Positions 41,386-52,228 of a DNA stretch of 64,000 nucleotides are shown here, one piece after another. A model generated the notes under the pieces. That model searched no databases. It was not told where the DNA came from and was given only the letters and a program-made list of their open reading frames with translations. How positions within the stretch are numbered: position 1 is the first letter of the stretch; each line of letters opens with the position of its first letter. Position numbers and translations under genes: made by a program. Source of the DNA: Candidatus Amesbacteria bacterium RIFCSPLOWO2_01_FULL_48_25 (GTDB taxonomy: Bacteria; Patescibacteriota; Microgenomatia; CAZETR01; Amesbacteraceae); assembly GCA_001773695.1 (NCBI GenBank), contig MEXN01000001.1, positions 41,903-105,902 on the forward strand, given 5' to 3'.

Positions 41386-42353
41386 AGCTTAATCACTTTA
41401 AAATCTTTCTCCCCAGGAATCAAATGTTCATCGGCACTAGTAATAACCGCCTGTCCCCCATAATTCTCCGCTAACTTCATCACTTCCTCCCGATGTTTAT
41501 GGTCCAACTCCGAAAATATATCGTCAAGAAGTAATATTGGGCTTCCCCCCAAGTATTCTATTTCCCTCCGCTTCAACCCCAACACCGTCATCCTCTGCTC
41601 TCCCCGACTCCCGTATTTAGATACGTCACGCCCACCAGCCATCAAAACAAAGTCATCCCTATGGGGTCCCACCAAAGTACTCCCCGCCAGCACTTCTTGT
41701 TGTTCATACTGCTTTAATCTTGCCTCCGAGATAACACTTTTGTCATAGAGAAACTCCATCGCCGCCAAAAACTCGGCCCTTTTTTGCGTCAAATACTCGC
41801 CATTTTTAATCAGAAGTTTATCCCAAAAAAATAGTTGGCTCCTACCCGCCCTACCGTCTCTAATCAAATCTAGAAGCCTATTCCTCTGGCGCAATCCCTT
41901 TTCGTAGCTCACCGCCGCTCTTCTATATTCCCGGTCCACCTGGGCTATCACAAAATCCAAATACCTGCGCCTTACAGAAGGACTTCCGGTAACCAACTCC
42001 ATATCCCCAGGCCCGAAACAAACTGCTCGCAAATTCCCCACAAAATCCATCATTCTCCGTGGAACCCCATTCACTTCAAACTTTTTTCTATCAGTGATTG
42101 TGACTTGTAAACTTATAATTTGGTCATCCATTGAGACTTGTGACTTGAGAATTGTAAATTGTTCCCCATATCTCACCATCTCGAAATCCCTCTCCGCCCT
42201 AAAACTCTTCCCCGTAGCCAACAGATAAACAGCCTCAACCAAATTACTCTTCCCACTCCCATTCTCTCCCAACACCAAAGTCCTCCTACCCAGCTCAAAC
42301 TCCCCCCTCCCATAGCTCCTGAAGTTAACCAGTCTGACACTTCGGACATACAT
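41382..42353 (-). CDS. recF: DNA replication and repair protein RecF
   Basis: N-terminal Walker A LVLGENGSGKSNL, SMC-like signature, and the C-terminal D-loop LLLDDIFSELD. In-frame low-complexity insert. Confidence 0.9.
   Translation of the reverse strand: MYVRSVRLVNFRSYGRGEFELGRRTLVLGENGSGKSNLVEAVYLLATGKSFRAERDFEMVRYGEQFTILKSQVSMDDQIISLQVTITDRKKFEVNGVPRRMMDFVGNLRAVCFGPGDMELVTGSPSVRRRYLDFVIAQVDREYRRAAVSYEKGLRQRNRLLDLIRDGRAGRSQLFFWDKLLIKNGEYLTQKRAEFLAAMEFLYDKSVISEARLKQYEQQEVLAGSTLVGPHRDDFVLMAGGRDVSKYGSRGEQRMTVLGLKRREIEYLGGSPILLLDDIFSELDHKHREEVMKLAENYGGQAVITSADEHLIPGEKDFKVIKL
42094..42163. repeat. Degenerate TTGTGAC/TTGAGA repeats inside recF
   Basis: gtgattgtgacttgtaaacttataatttggtcatccattgagacttgtgacttgagaattgtaaattg. 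Confidence 0.8.
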
Positions 42354-43155
42354 ACGTCCCCCTGCCTCCTAACTCAAATTTCTTAATTACACCCTTACAC
42401 CGTCTACACTCTTGCCCCTCCCGGTCGTACACCCGAAAGTGCTCCTGGTAATGCCCACCCAACCCGTGCAAGTCGATGTATTTAGCGTCGGCCGCAGTCG
42501 CCCCCCCGTATTTAATTCCTTCGCTCAATACGAGTTTTATTTTCTCCAGCAAAACTGTCAACTGTTCCCCTTGGAGCTTGTGGCTTGGGGTTTGTGGATT
42601 GGTTTTGGCTTCCCAAAGCGCGTCATTTGCATAAATATTCCCCACCCCAGATATTACTTCCTGGTCCATAATCGCAACCTTAATAGGTTTTCTTAATCTA
42701 CCTAATCTCTTAATAAACTCAGTCTCGTTTATCTCAAACGGTTCCGGCCCCAGCTTTTCCACAAATTTCGGATTCACCTCCACCCACCCGAACAATCTCT
42801 GGTCATTGAAATAAAGTGTCCCCTTACTGAAATAAAATATCGCCCTTGTGTGTCCGCTTGGCATCCTGGCCACAAAATCCTCCGTCGGATGCCCGCCTAC
42901 CACTCTCTTGCCTTTTTCTTCATATATTAATTGGCCAGTCATTTTGAAATGAAAACCTAGTTTTAATCCCGGACCAAAATTTATCAATAACACCTTCCCC
43001 CTTCTCTCGACACCTTTTACACCTTTATGCTTTATGCTATCGAGATTCCCCTTAATCACTTTATGATTTAATATCTTAATATCTTTGCAAACCTGTCCCA
43101 TCAGCACCCTCCCCAACTGCACCCTCACCGTCTCAATCTCAGGCAATTCCGGCAT
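42325..43155 (-). CDS. mutM: Formamidopyrimidine-DNA glycosylase
   Basis: MPELPEIETV N-terminus (Pro2/Glu3 catalytic), H2TH, and a C-terminal zinc finger CRRCKG...CPKCQ. Confidence 0.9.
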   Translation of the reverse strand: MPELPEIETVRVQLGRVLMGQVCKDIKILNHKVIKGNLDSIKHKGVKGVERRGKVLLINFGPGLKLGFHFKMTGQLIYEEKGKRVVGGHPTEDFVARMPSGHTRAIFYFSKGTLYFNDQRLFGWVEVNPKFVEKLGPEPFEINETEFIKRLGRLRKPIKVAIMDQEVISGVGNIYANDALWEAKTNPQTPSHKLQGEQLTVLLEKIKLVLSEGIKYGGATAADAKYIDLHGLGGHYQEHFRVYDREGQECRRCKGVIKKFELGGRGTYVCPKCQTG

Positions 43156-43167
43156 GAACCAATCTTA

Positions 43168-43668
43168 TCACTGCTCCCCCATTATCCTGCCTATCACTCC
43201 CAAAGCTTCTTTATCTTTCTCTCTCAACCCCCTAAACCCGATATATCTACTCCGAGCTGAACTCTCTTCAGAGTCTGGTGGCCTGCCCAACCTATCCAAC
43301 AACCCCCCAACCCGAAAACTAAATGGCACTCCTTTAAATTCGTCTCTAATCCTATCGCCATACTCCCCCTGAATAAACACATCGTTGGCACTTATCAAGC
43401 ACTCGATCCCTTTCTCCCCCTGATACAAATGACCGCTCAGTTTCACTCCTCCCTCATGTCTTTTTTTGTCAATGACACTAAAACCCCCGTGACCCATCGT
43501 TATCCTCTTCCAATAACACCACCCACCTACCCCCAACATCACTAACATCATGTTCAGACTTTTTTTTAACTCTACGCGACTCTCGATCAGGTGCATATCC
43601 ATATCGATCCAATATCCCCCCAATCTTCTCCCACAATTCCACCGTCGCCTCTTCAGGCAATGGCTCAC
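43168..43668 (-). CDS. Hypothetical membrane-anchored protein
   Basis: Probable start at MDMH or MMLVML; one TM; no motif. Confidence 0.35.
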   Translation of the reverse strand: MSHCLKRRRWNCGRRLGGYWIDMDMHLIESRVELKKSLNMMLVMLGVGGWCYWKRITMGHGGFSVIDKKRHEGGVKLSGHLYQGEKGIECLISANDVFIQGEYGDRIRDEFKGVPFSFRVGGLLDRLGRPPDSEESSARSRYIGFRGLREKDKEALGVIGRIMGEQ

Positions 43669-43813
43669 CCCACTTCTTTGTCAATATATCCTCCTTTATT
43701 TTATTTCTCCTCGCCATCAAACCCCGCAGCTCTTCTTCCCTATTTATCCCCCTTAAACGGTCAGCAACCTGACCCAATTTCTGATCGATTTCCCCACCAA
43801 TATACCTAAACAT
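43478..43813 (-). CDS. Hypothetical protein (111 aa); overlaps the downstream ORF in another frame
   Basis: Charged helical composition. The overlap suggests a mis-called start or a frameshift. Confidence 0.3.
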   Translation of the reverse strand: MFRYIGGEIDQKLGQVADRLRGINREEELRGLMARRNKIKEDILTKKWGEPLPEEATVELWEKIGGILDRYGYAPDRESRRVKKKSEHDVSDVGGRWVVLLEEDNDGSRGF

Positions 43814-44939
43814 ATCCCTTCACCAATTCTACCATATCGTTCTTAAATCTCTCTTTCGAAAATTTTCCCGCCCATTTTCTAATCTCTGTTTTGTCCCACT
43901 CCACCCCCCTTGCCTCTTTTATCGCCTTCCACAATCCCTCCGGTGTCAACTCGTCAAAAAATATTCCGGTTGCCCGCCCTGAGCCCGTCGAAGGGTCTAC
44001 CACCGTCTCCAAATATCCTCCATTCCTAAAAGCAATCGCCGGGGTTCCATACATCATCGGCTCGACCGTAGTCATCCCAAAGTCAGATTCAGACTCCAAT
44101 GCCAAAAATCCCTTCGCGCCAGCCAATAATTCCTGTTTCTGTTCCTCCGTTACTTCTCCTAAATACTCGACAGTCGGCCCCTTTATTTCAGAAGCAATTT
44201 TTTCACCCGCCGACCCAATCGGTCTCCCCGCCACTTTAAGTTTAAATTTATATTTATTAGCAGCCATCACCGCCAGCTCAATATTCTTACTCCCCACAAT
44301 TCTTGAGACAATTAGATAATAATCCCCATAATCATTCTCACCTCTTAGATTAAGAGGGGGGGAGGGGGGCGTTATGGGTGGATATACAACTCTTGCTTCC
44401 CTCCTATAAAACTTTCTTATCCTATTTGCCACGTTCTTAGAATTTGCCACAAACACGCCAGGCCTCTGGGCCCATTTAAAATCCACCATCCGCAACACAT
44501 GATCTACAATCAGGGAAATCGGCCGGAAATACCATTTATTTCTTTCCTGCCGCGCAGTCGGGTACCCGTACAAAAATCGCGGTGGCGTATGACAGTAAGT
44601 AATAATTTTAGTCCCACTCCCCACCTTAATACCGTTGGGAAAATACCCACCCGTCGCCGAAATTATCACCACGTCGTAACTAGACAAATCTAAGTATTTA
44701 AAAAATAACGGCGAAATTATCGTGTAATAGCTCAATAGTTTATCGGCCCATGGTAAATATCCTCCCCAACTCTCTCTAATATCCCAACTCTCCAATATCG
44801 CTCGGTATTCTCCCCAATACTTCGGGAATTTATAAGCCGTAAAAACCGGTGCCTCAGGCCAAATTTCCTTTAACGCCATCAGCACCTTCTCCGCCCCTCC
44901 AACTTCCTTCAAATAATCATGGACCAATGCCACCTTCAT
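43806..44939 (-). CDS. Glycosyltransferase family 4 (GT-B, group 1)
   Basis: C-terminal EX7E-type motif ESDFGMTTVEPMMYGTPAIAFRNGGYLE. Confidence 0.8.
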   Translation of the reverse strand: MKVALVHDYLKEVGGAEKVLMALKEIWPEAPVFTAYKFPKYWGEYRAILESWDIRESWGGYLPWADKLLSYYTIISPLFFKYLDLSSYDVVIISATGGYFPNGIKVGSGTKIITYCHTPPRFLYGYPTARQERNKWYFRPISLIVDHVLRMVDFKWAQRPGVFVANSKNVANRIRKFYRREARVVYPPITPPSPPLNLRGENDYGDYYLIVSRIVGSKNIELAVMAANKYKFKLKVAGRPIGSAGEKIASEIKGPTVEYLGEVTEEQKQELLAGAKGFLALESESDFGMTTVEPMMYGTPAIAFRNGGYLETVVDPSTGSGRATGIFFDELTPEGLWKAIKEARGVEWDKTEIRKWAGKFSKERFKNDMVELVKGYV

Positions 44940-45820
44940 GTCCCAACCCTTTCAAACAAACTTCCCTGAGTATCTACTTTTATTTCTTCACCCGTCATCC
45001 TTTTAACTAACGATTTATATCCCAGCTCTTTAAAAACTTCTGTAATTTTATCCACGCTTGGCACTTCGCACTTAGTCCTATCAAGCCTCACCGGTGCATC
45101 GGTCCTAATCTCCGCTAGTCTTTTAGATAGTTCTCCCCCCTCATACCCATCGATCACTTTCTGGTTTCCCGATTTTTTCACCACATTTTCAAACGTTTTG
45201 AAATTTTCCAGCAGCTTTACTGCCGTCTTAGGGCCTATTCCAACTACTCCGGGATAATTATCGCTTGAATCCCCAACTAACGCTTTATAATCAACCACCT
45301 GCTCGGGCCACACCCCAAGTCGTTCCTTTACTTTATCCCTATCAACAATTATCCCATCGGATAGTCCCTTCTGCGGCATATACAGACTGACATTATCATC
45401 AACAAGCTGCATAAGGTCTCTATCACCGGTAATAATAATTACCCCTTGTTTACTTTTCTTTGCAATCGTCCCAATGACATCGTCGGCCTCAAAACTGGGT
45501 ATAGCATATACGGGCACTCCCATTTTTTCAAAAACGGTCTTTAGCTTCTCCACTTGTCCCCAGATATCCTCACTTATCTGCCTATCTTTTTCTCTATTCG
45601 TCTGGTACCCCACATACATGTTGTGCCGAAAAGTCGGCTCCGGACAATCAAACACTACCGCCAAATGCGTCGGTTTCAGTTCTTCAATCGCCTTCAAAAG
45701 CATAGACAAAAATCCATAAACTCCCGCCGTCGCCTCACCTGAGCGGTTCCGCCAATCCGGCAGGGCATAATACGCCCTATGCAACACCGAATTCCCATCC
45801 AATATCAGCAACTTACTCAT
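44936..45820 (-). CDS. 5'-3' exonuclease (stand-alone Pol I N-terminal/FEN-like domain)
   Basis: LLILDGNSVLHRAYYAL N-terminus, metal-binding acidic clusters, H3TH region. Confidence 0.85.
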   Translation of the reverse strand: MSKLLILDGNSVLHRAYYALPDWRNRSGEATAGVYGFLSMLLKAIEELKPTHLAVVFDCPEPTFRHNMYVGYQTNREKDRQISEDIWGQVEKLKTVFEKMGVPVYAIPSFEADDVIGTIAKKSKQGVIIITGDRDLMQLVDDNVSLYMPQKGLSDGIIVDRDKVKERLGVWPEQVVDYKALVGDSSDNYPGVVGIGPKTAVKLLENFKTFENVVKKSGNQKVIDGYEGGELSKRLAEIRTDAPVRLDRTKCEVPSVDKITEVFKELGYKSLVKRMTGEEIKVDTQGSLFERVGT

Positions 45821-46061
45821 TACTCAATTCTACTCCCGACGGAACAAAATCTCCCCCACCACGGCCTATCCACATTTCAGGATGGTTAATGTCGGTTCTC
45901 ATTCTACAAACGGCCATAGCAGCTCCACATCCTGTACCACCTCCACACCGCTTCAACATCTTGATTGCAGCCGCATACTCAAGCAAGTCTGGGTCAACCC
46001 CCAATAATCTATCTAACCAGCTTCCTTCTCCACTCAGGCCACAGGTTTCACATTTAATCAT
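45813..46061 (-). CDS. Small Cys-containing protein, DUF1858/redox-disulfide-like (tentative)
   Basis: CETCG...CGGGTGCGAAMAVC pattern; it overlaps the exonuclease gene by 8 nt. Confidence 0.35.
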   Translation of the reverse strand: MIKCETCGLSGEGSWLDRLLGVDPDLLEYAAAIKMLKRCGGGTGCGAAMAVCRMRTDINHPEMWIGRGGGDFVPSGVELSNE

Positions 46062-46065
46062 TAAA

Positions 46066-46105
46066 AATTGTTTAGAAATTAGAAATTAAGATTTAGAAAT
46101 TTTAT
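46066..46105. repeat. TAGAAAT-type tandem repeats in the intergenic region downstream of ftsH
   Basis: tttagaaattagaaattaagatttagaaatttta. Confidence 0.7.
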
Positions 46106-48003
46106 TAAGCCTTCATCATTTTCTCAAACTCATCTCCATCCATATTCTCAATCTCCAAAAGCCGCATCGATACCTCATCCAACTTCTTCCGGTATTTCTT
46201 TAGCAACTTCACCGCCGTATCGTACCCAGCATCCACAAATCTCTTAACTTCCATATCGATTTTGCCTTGCATATCCTGAGATACCTGCGCCGGCTCATAA
46301 AACGCTTTCCCCCACTCCACTACGTCCTGTCGCGACCCGTAATTAATCGGCCCTAAATCACTCATCCCATACTCCATTACCATGTTCCTGGCTACTTCTG
46401 TCGCCTTATCAATGTCATTAGCCGCCCCCGTAGTCGTCTCCGAAAACACCAGTTCCTCAGCCGCCCGCCCCCCCAGCATCATGGCAATCTGGGCAATCAA
46501 TCGCTTTTTCGTCTCATGCACCCGGTCCGTCGCCGGCGGAATCAACGTGTGACCCAAAGTCATCCCCCGCGACACAATAGAAATCCGATGCACCGGATCC
46601 ATTCCCGGCTGCGCCCAAGACACAACGGCGTGCCCTACTTCATGATACGCCGTCATCTTCCGGTCTTCCTCGCTTTGCAATCTCTTTTTTTGCGGCCCCA
46701 GCTTCACTTTAGTCGCCGCTTCCTCAATATCTTTCATTTCAATCAGCTTCTTGTTCTCGCGAGCGGCAGTAATCGCCGCCTCATTAAGCATGTTTTCCAA
46801 ATCTGCCCCAGAAAATCCTACCGTCCGCTTGGCCACCGCCTCCCAATTTACTTCACCGGCAAACGGCTTGTTTTTAGCGTATATCCCCAAAATAGCTTTT
46901 CTACCTTCAATATCAGGCATATCCACAACCACCCGCCTATCAAACCTCCCTGGCCTAAGAAGTGCCGGGTCCAAAAGATCACCGCGATTCGTGGCTGCCA
47001 AAACTACCACATTATCATTTGGCGTAAACCCGTCCATCTCCACCAATATCTGATTCAAAGTTTGCTCCCGTTCGTCATGTCCACCCATAATCCCATATCC
47101 CCTCTGCCGTCCGATGGCATCAATTTCATCAATAAAAATTATGGCCGGTGCCGTTTTTTTAGCCGTAGCAAACAAATCCCTTACCCGAGCCGATCCCACC
47201 CCGACCAACATCTCCATAAATTCAGATCCGGCCATAGAGTAAAACGGCACATTGGCCTCACCCGCCACGGCTTTTGCCAACAGCGTTTTCCCCACTCCGG
47301 ACGGACCCACCAACAATGCTCCCTTGGGCGTCCTCGCCCCCACTGCTTTATATTTAGCCGGGTTTTTCAAAAAGTCCACCACCTCTTCCAGCTCTTTTTT
47401 TGCCTCATCCACTCCGGCCACATCAACAAATTTTACCGATGGTTTCCCCTTATCAAATAACTTCGCCCGCGATTGGCCAAACGAAAACAGGCTATCCTGC
47501 GCTCCTCTGGCTTGCCGGAACATATACAACAGTACGACCAAAACTATTCCAGTCCCAATAATTGATGGCAAAACCGCCAGCATCAATTGCCCCAGAGTCT
47601 GATCGCGAATCTCGTAAGAAACCGTAGTCGGGTCGATCTTCGCCCGGTCCAATATCTCCGTAAAACTTTCATTACCCTCTTTGCGGGAGAAAAATATCTG
47701 GTCGTCTCCGCCTTTATACTTAAGCATCAACCGGTCGGCATAGACCTCGATTTTTTCCACCTTCCCATCCTTAATGTCCAAAAGAGCCTGGGACAATTGC
47801 ACTTCCTGGTTCGCCTGTTTACCCGTATTCCACAGTTCAAAAAGCGACAACATCATTAATATCACCACTCCCAGCCAAAGAAGCTTCTGCAAATCAAAAT
47901 GCATCTGGATAAACAGCCCCTTCACCGGCAATTTCTTCTTGCCGTTCACGCCTCCGTTCTTCTTCGGCAACTCCGGTAACTTCAACTTTTGCTCACTCGC
48001 CAT
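46105..48003 (-). CDS. ftsH: ATP-dependent zinc metalloprotease FtsH
   Basis: Two N-terminal TM helices, AAA+ Walker [22 protein letters not shown], and HEVGHAVV zinc motif. Confidence 0.95.
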   Translation of the reverse strand: MASEQKLKLPELPKKNGGVNGKKKLPVKGLFIQMHFDLQKLLWLGVVILMMLSLFELWNTGKQANQEVQLSQALLDIKDGKVEKIEVYADRLMLKYKGGDDQIFFSRKEGNESFTEILDRAKIDPTTVSYEIRDQTLGQLMLAVLPSIIGTGIVLVVLLYMFRQARGAQDSLFSFGQSRAKLFDKGKPSVKFVDVAGVDEAKKELEEVVDFLKNPAKYKAVGARTPKGALLVGPSGVGKTLLAKAVAGEANVPFYSMAGSEFMEMLVGVGSARVRDLFATAKKTAPAIIFIDEIDAIGRQRGYGIMGGHDEREQTLNQILVEMDGFTPNDNVVVLAATNRGDLLDPALLRPGRFDRRVVVDMPDIEGRKAILGIYAKNKPFAGEVNWEAVAKRTVGFSGADLENMLNEAAITAARENKKLIEMKDIEEAATKVKLGPQKKRLQSEEDRKMTAYHEVGHAVVSWAQPGMDPVHRISIVSRGMTLGHTLIPPATDRVHETKKRLIAQIAMMLGGRAAEELVFSETTTGAANDIDKATEVARNMVMEYGMSDLGPINYGSRQDVVEWGKAFYEPAQVSQDMQGKIDMEVKRFVDAGYDTAVKLLKKYRKKLDEVSMRLLEIENMDGDEFEKMMKA

Positions 48004-48015
48004 AACCCGTCAATT

Positions 48016-48345
48016 TTACCTTACTTTGCTTCCAACTACCACCTCCTCCGCAGGAATCACAAAGATGGGTTTCTCTTCCCCCACCGCCAAAATCATCCCC
48101 CGGCTCTCTTCACCCGTGATCTTCTTGTACTCCAAATTCGTCACGAAAATAAACTTTTTGTTCAAAAAATATTCCGGCGTATACCCAAACAGCCTCACCG
48201 CCGTAAAAATAACTCGCTTATCATCCAAGCCAAAATCAACAATTAACTTAATCAACTTAGTACTCTTCTCTACTTCACTTGCCTCCACCACCAGCCCCAC
48301 CCGCATTTCTACCTGTTTAAATTGGTCTATTGAGATTTGGGCCAT
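48016..48345 (-). CDS. tRNA-binding protein (CsaA/Trbp111/EMAP-like OB-fold)
   Basis: Myf-domain pattern VGLVVEA...KLIKLIVDFG...IFVTNL. Confidence 0.72.
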   Translation of the reverse strand: MAQISIDQFKQVEMRVGLVVEASEVEKSTKLIKLIVDFGLDDKRVIFTAVRLFGYTPEYFLNKKFIFVTNLEYKKITGEESRGMILAVGEEKPIFVIPAEEVVVGSKVR

Positions 48346-48351
48346 TGAAAA

Positions 48352-49362
<1,011 letters not shown>

Positions 49363-49495
49363 TTACCAAACTATTTATTTTCGTGATCATTTCTTGAATC
49401 TCATGCTCATCGGGGTGTTTTCTATCTCTGAGAATCTGTTCGATCAAATACATAGTTCTAATTTTATCTCCTATGCAAAAATCACCTGTACCATC

Positions 49496-49876
49496 TCAAT
49501 ACGGCACAATCAAGTCCAAACGCGGAATACCCCTAAAATGCCTGCTGTTTTTCGTAACTAACTCCTCCCCTCTCACCATCGCCGTCGCCCCAATAAATGA
49601 ATCTATTATCCCCAAACTCTGAGAAAACCAATATTGGGAAAAAATTTCCCCCGCCACAACTGATATCTCCCCGTCCACCTCCACTACCTCTACCGGTCCC
49701 AACGCTTTCAATTGGCGCATCAACTTATTTAACTCCACCATTGATTTAGCTCCTTTTATCAATTCCATCACCGTCAACCTGCTAACCCTGATGGATCCCT
49801 GCACACCCAAAATATAATCAGCGGCTCTTGACTCTCCCCTAATCACATCCACCAACACTCCCGTGTCAACCACCAT
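49496..49876 (-). CDS. PIN-domain ribonuclease toxin (VapC-like); start MVVDTG
   Basis: An N-terminal acidic Asp (VVDTGVLV) and later conserved D/E residues in a PIN fold of about 125 aa. Confidence 0.65.
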   Translation of the reverse strand: MVVDTGVLVDVIRGESRAADYILGVQGSIRVSRLTVMELIKGAKSMVELNKLMRQLKALGPVEVVEVDGEISVVAGEIFSQYWFSQSLGIIDSFIGATAMVRGEELVTKNSRHFRGIPRLDLIVPY

Positions 49877-50132
49877 AGCTTCGCATCTCTTCCTTTCGTC
49901 TCCACTCATCCACAATGTCCACCGAGGACTTACTTGCCGGCCACCTGTCTTTCCACATCCCAAAAACCTCAGGCAAGATCCTTCTTTTCACTATCTTTTT
50001 CTCCTTTCTTACGGGGGATATCCGGGCCATCACTATCCTGTTTTTAGTCACCAGAAACTCTTCCCCAGCGTATGCTCGGTTCAAAATTTGTAAGAAATCC
50101 TGCCTAGCCTGGGAAGCGTTAATCTGTGTCAT
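49866..50132 (-). CDS. Antitoxin, Phd/YefM-like
   Basis: SQARQDFLQILNRAYAGEEFLVTKNRIVMARI matches the Phd/YefM N-terminal fold. It lies upstream of and overlapping the PIN gene. Confidence 0.55.
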   Translation of the reverse strand: MTQINASQARQDFLQILNRAYAGEEFLVTKNRIVMARISPVRKEKKIVKRRILPEVFGMWKDRWPASKSSVDIVDEWRRKEEMRSYGG

Positions 50133-50156
50133 GCCTCAATTGTACACTTTTGTACA

Positions 50157-50732
50157 CTACTTGTCAAGCAGTCTCTTCTCATACTTCAACTCTCCCCTGT
50201 CTTTATATACTTCGACCCCAGCCAACCCTGTCCTGACCATCTCCTCTTGCACCAGTTTCCCCTTTTTGCACCCCTCGGGGTTTTCTTTTAACCCCTCCCG
50301 CGAACGGTTATAAGTCAAATGCATATAATCTGCAGGTAAAAACTTAGGATTTTGACACCCTACCCATACCCAGGCCAAAATTCGTCCAAACTTATCATCC
50401 AGATACCTGTCGTACTCCAACCAAACTTTTTTATTTTTTATTAGATCACCTAATTTATTTTTGCTTTCTTCGTCATTCGTGGGAGCGTTGATCCCAACCA
50501 TTCTTACTCTCACCCCGTTTTGCAGCTCAAACGTATCCCCGTCAGTTATTACTCTTACTACCCCGCTATCCGGAAAGGCCTGTTTATTTTTATAAATATC
50601 AGGCCCCAAATCCCGCCAGTTTTTCACTCCCAACACTGCCACCGTGACTATAATCCCCGGTATCAGCACCTCTTTCACTCCAATCTTTCGTAGCCAGTCA
50701 GCCGTCAATCTCTTGGGCGTTATTTTTTTCAT
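50157..50732 (-). CDS. Thermonuclease (staphylococcal nuclease, SNase-like), membrane-anchored
   Basis: VVRVITDGDTFELQNGVRVRMVGINAP matches the SNase core (DGDT...R..GIDAPE), with an N-terminal TM. Confidence 0.75.
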   Translation of the reverse strand: MKKITPKRLTADWLRKIGVKEVLIPGIIVTVAVLGVKNWRDLGPDIYKNKQAFPDSGVVRVITDGDTFELQNGVRVRMVGINAPTNDEESKNKLGDLIKNKKVWLEYDRYLDDKFGRILAWVWVGCQNPKFLPADYMHLTYNRSREGLKENPEGCKKGKLVQEEMVRTGLAGVEVYKDRGELKYEKRLLDK

Positions 50733-51360
50733 CCGGAATCACCACCTCCCCCACCATTCCCACCATCAATCCCTCCCAACTATCCAAACTCGCATCAACT
50801 ACCAATTTTTTCCCATCCGGCCTTGGCAAACCCGTCTTCCCGGCTAACTCTTTACCATTGATTTTTACCATCACCTCCCCTGGTTCCATAAACCCGTCCA
50901 GTTCTGTCTCAAATCTCAAAGCGTCCAAATCCAATATTTTAAAGGCGTTCGAGGCTGGACTCACATTCAGTCCGACTCTATTTCCCCCATCGTCCACCAC
51001 CGTCCCATTTACCGGCGATATCAACGTCGCCTGATCCATTTTGGCTTTAGCGATTTCTACTTCTTTGACGCTGGCATTCAATTGCGCCTGCTCAATCTGC
51101 TTAGCATACTTGGTCAGATCATCACCCGGATTAGGATTTCTCTTGGCAAATATCTCAAACTCAGCTCTTTTCCTTTCGTAATCGGCCAGCTGTAAATCCA
51201 GCTCCATCTGTAACATCTTGGTATCCAAAGCCGCCAGCACTTCACCTTTCTTAACCGTATCCCCCCTCTTCTTCTTCACCACCGCCACCTTTCCCGAAAA
51301 CGCATACCGCACCTCAATCTCATCAGCGGTCACCATCCCCAACCTTCCCTTCCCAACCAT
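50698..51360 (-). CDS. HlyD-like periplasmic adaptor fragment/short paralogue
   Basis: Lipoyl-like and coiled-coil segments similar to membrane-fusion proteins; no N-terminal TM. Confidence 0.5.
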   Translation of the reverse strand: MVGKGRLGMVTADEIEVRYAFSGKVAVVKKKRGDTVKKGEVLAALDTKMLQMELDLQLADYERKRAEFEIFAKRNPNPGDDLTKYAKQIEQAQLNASVKEVEIAKAKMDQATLISPVNGTVVDDGGNRVGLNVSPASNAFKILDLDALRFETELDGFMEPGEVMVKINGKELAGKTGLPRPDGKKLVVDASLDSWEGLMVGMVGEVVIPDEKNNAQEIDG

Positions 51361-51440
51361 CTACTAAATATTACCACTCCCGCGAGGACTTCATGAAATC
51401 AATTTTTGGAATCCGCAAAGCCAGCTTCGAATGGTATAAT

Positions 51441-51446
51441 AAGAAT
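51441..51446 (+). promoter_or_regulatory. -10 box TATAAT about 10 nt upstream of the GC-rich ORF-free region
   Basis: cttcgaatggTATAATaagaattg. Confidence 0.35.
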
Positions 51447-51454
51447 TGTTCTTT

Positions 51455-51745
51455 CAAAAAGACGTGCGGGGTAGTGTAGAGTTGCACGGAAGGCTAGTAG
51501 TATGGGCCCCGCCGACAGTAATGTCGGTGTGCAAACTTGGCTATATCGGTGGACACCCCGGTGTAATACCGGGACAATACCGAGGCAATCCCGAAAGGGC
51601 GAGTCCGTAGAGACTAAACGCCAAGTCCCCCCGAAGCTTCATGCGAAGGGGGAATGATATAGTCCGACACTCAAAGTAATTTGAGATTACAGATCAGCAT
51701 AATCTTCCAGGCCGGGCGCGACTCCCGGCCCCGCAACAAGTAAAA
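51455..51745 (+). ncRNA. Unidentified structured RNA candidate (about 290 nt, GC-rich, ORF-free)
   Basis: No ORF in any frame across about 350 nt, and GC markedly above the flanks. Many local hairpins with GNRA-type loops: GCGGGG...CCCCGC, CCGACA-GTAA-TGTCGG, CCGGT-GTAAT-ACCGG, CCC-GAAA-GGG, CTCAAA-GTAAT-TTGAG, GCCGGG...CCCGGC. Confidence 0.35.
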
Positions 51746-51806
51746 TTTAGCTTCAAAAACCGAGAGATGGGAGTGATAGGATCACGCCTGGTGTATAATT
51801 TAACAG

Positions 51807-52178
51807 GTGAAGCTTAAGAAAATTCTGGATAAATTACTCGAAATATACTTTTTGGGAATGGGAGTGTTCTTTGTGTTCGGGTCTGTGGTATCTTTCTTTG
51901 TATTTCTTTCCCAAAAGGTCGAAGTAGGCCTTATAACACCCGTTAAAACCCTAGTATTTGGACTCCTTTTTCTTTATTCAGGTGTTAGTTTAATGAGAAA
52001 GAAAGCCCACGGATACCAATATTGTCTTCTGGCATTGGCGATAGTTTTCCTTGTATCAACCCTGCATAGATTGTTTTTTGTAACAAGTTTCAGATTAGAG
52101 CGGGTGGATTTTAATAACTTACTTTTGTTTGGAATCCCGTTCCTGGTCACCCTCCTCTCGAATAAATTAGAAATATGA
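51807..52178 (+). CDS. Hypothetical membrane protein (123 aa, 4 TM), GTG start
   Basis: Hydrophobic helices; GTGTATAAT lies about 10 nt upstream. Confidence 0.4.
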   Translation: MKLKKILDKLLEIYFLGMGVFFVFGSVVSFFVFLSQKVEVGLITPVKTLVFGLLFLYSGVSLMRKKAHGYQYCLLALAIVFLVSTLHRLFFVTSFRLERVDFNNLLLFGIPFLVTLLSNKLEI

Positions 52179-52195
52179 TCGTATCGGTTTTGATA

Positions 52196-52225
52196 AAAAC
52201 CAGGTTCTGATTTCATCCAACCCCC
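52196..52225. repeat. Direct repeat copy 1 (AAAACCAGGTTCTGATTTCATCCAACCCCC)
   Basis: About 30 nt with 27/30 identity to 53236..53267; it lies immediately 3' of the fic gene. Confidence 0.7.
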
Positions 52226-52228
52226 AAA

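Noticed and set aside
46516-47460. 314-aa plus-strand ORF antisense to ftsH
   Set aside because: Arg/His/Pro-rich nonsense composition ([28 protein letters not shown]...); the opposite strand encodes a complete, well-conserved FtsH.
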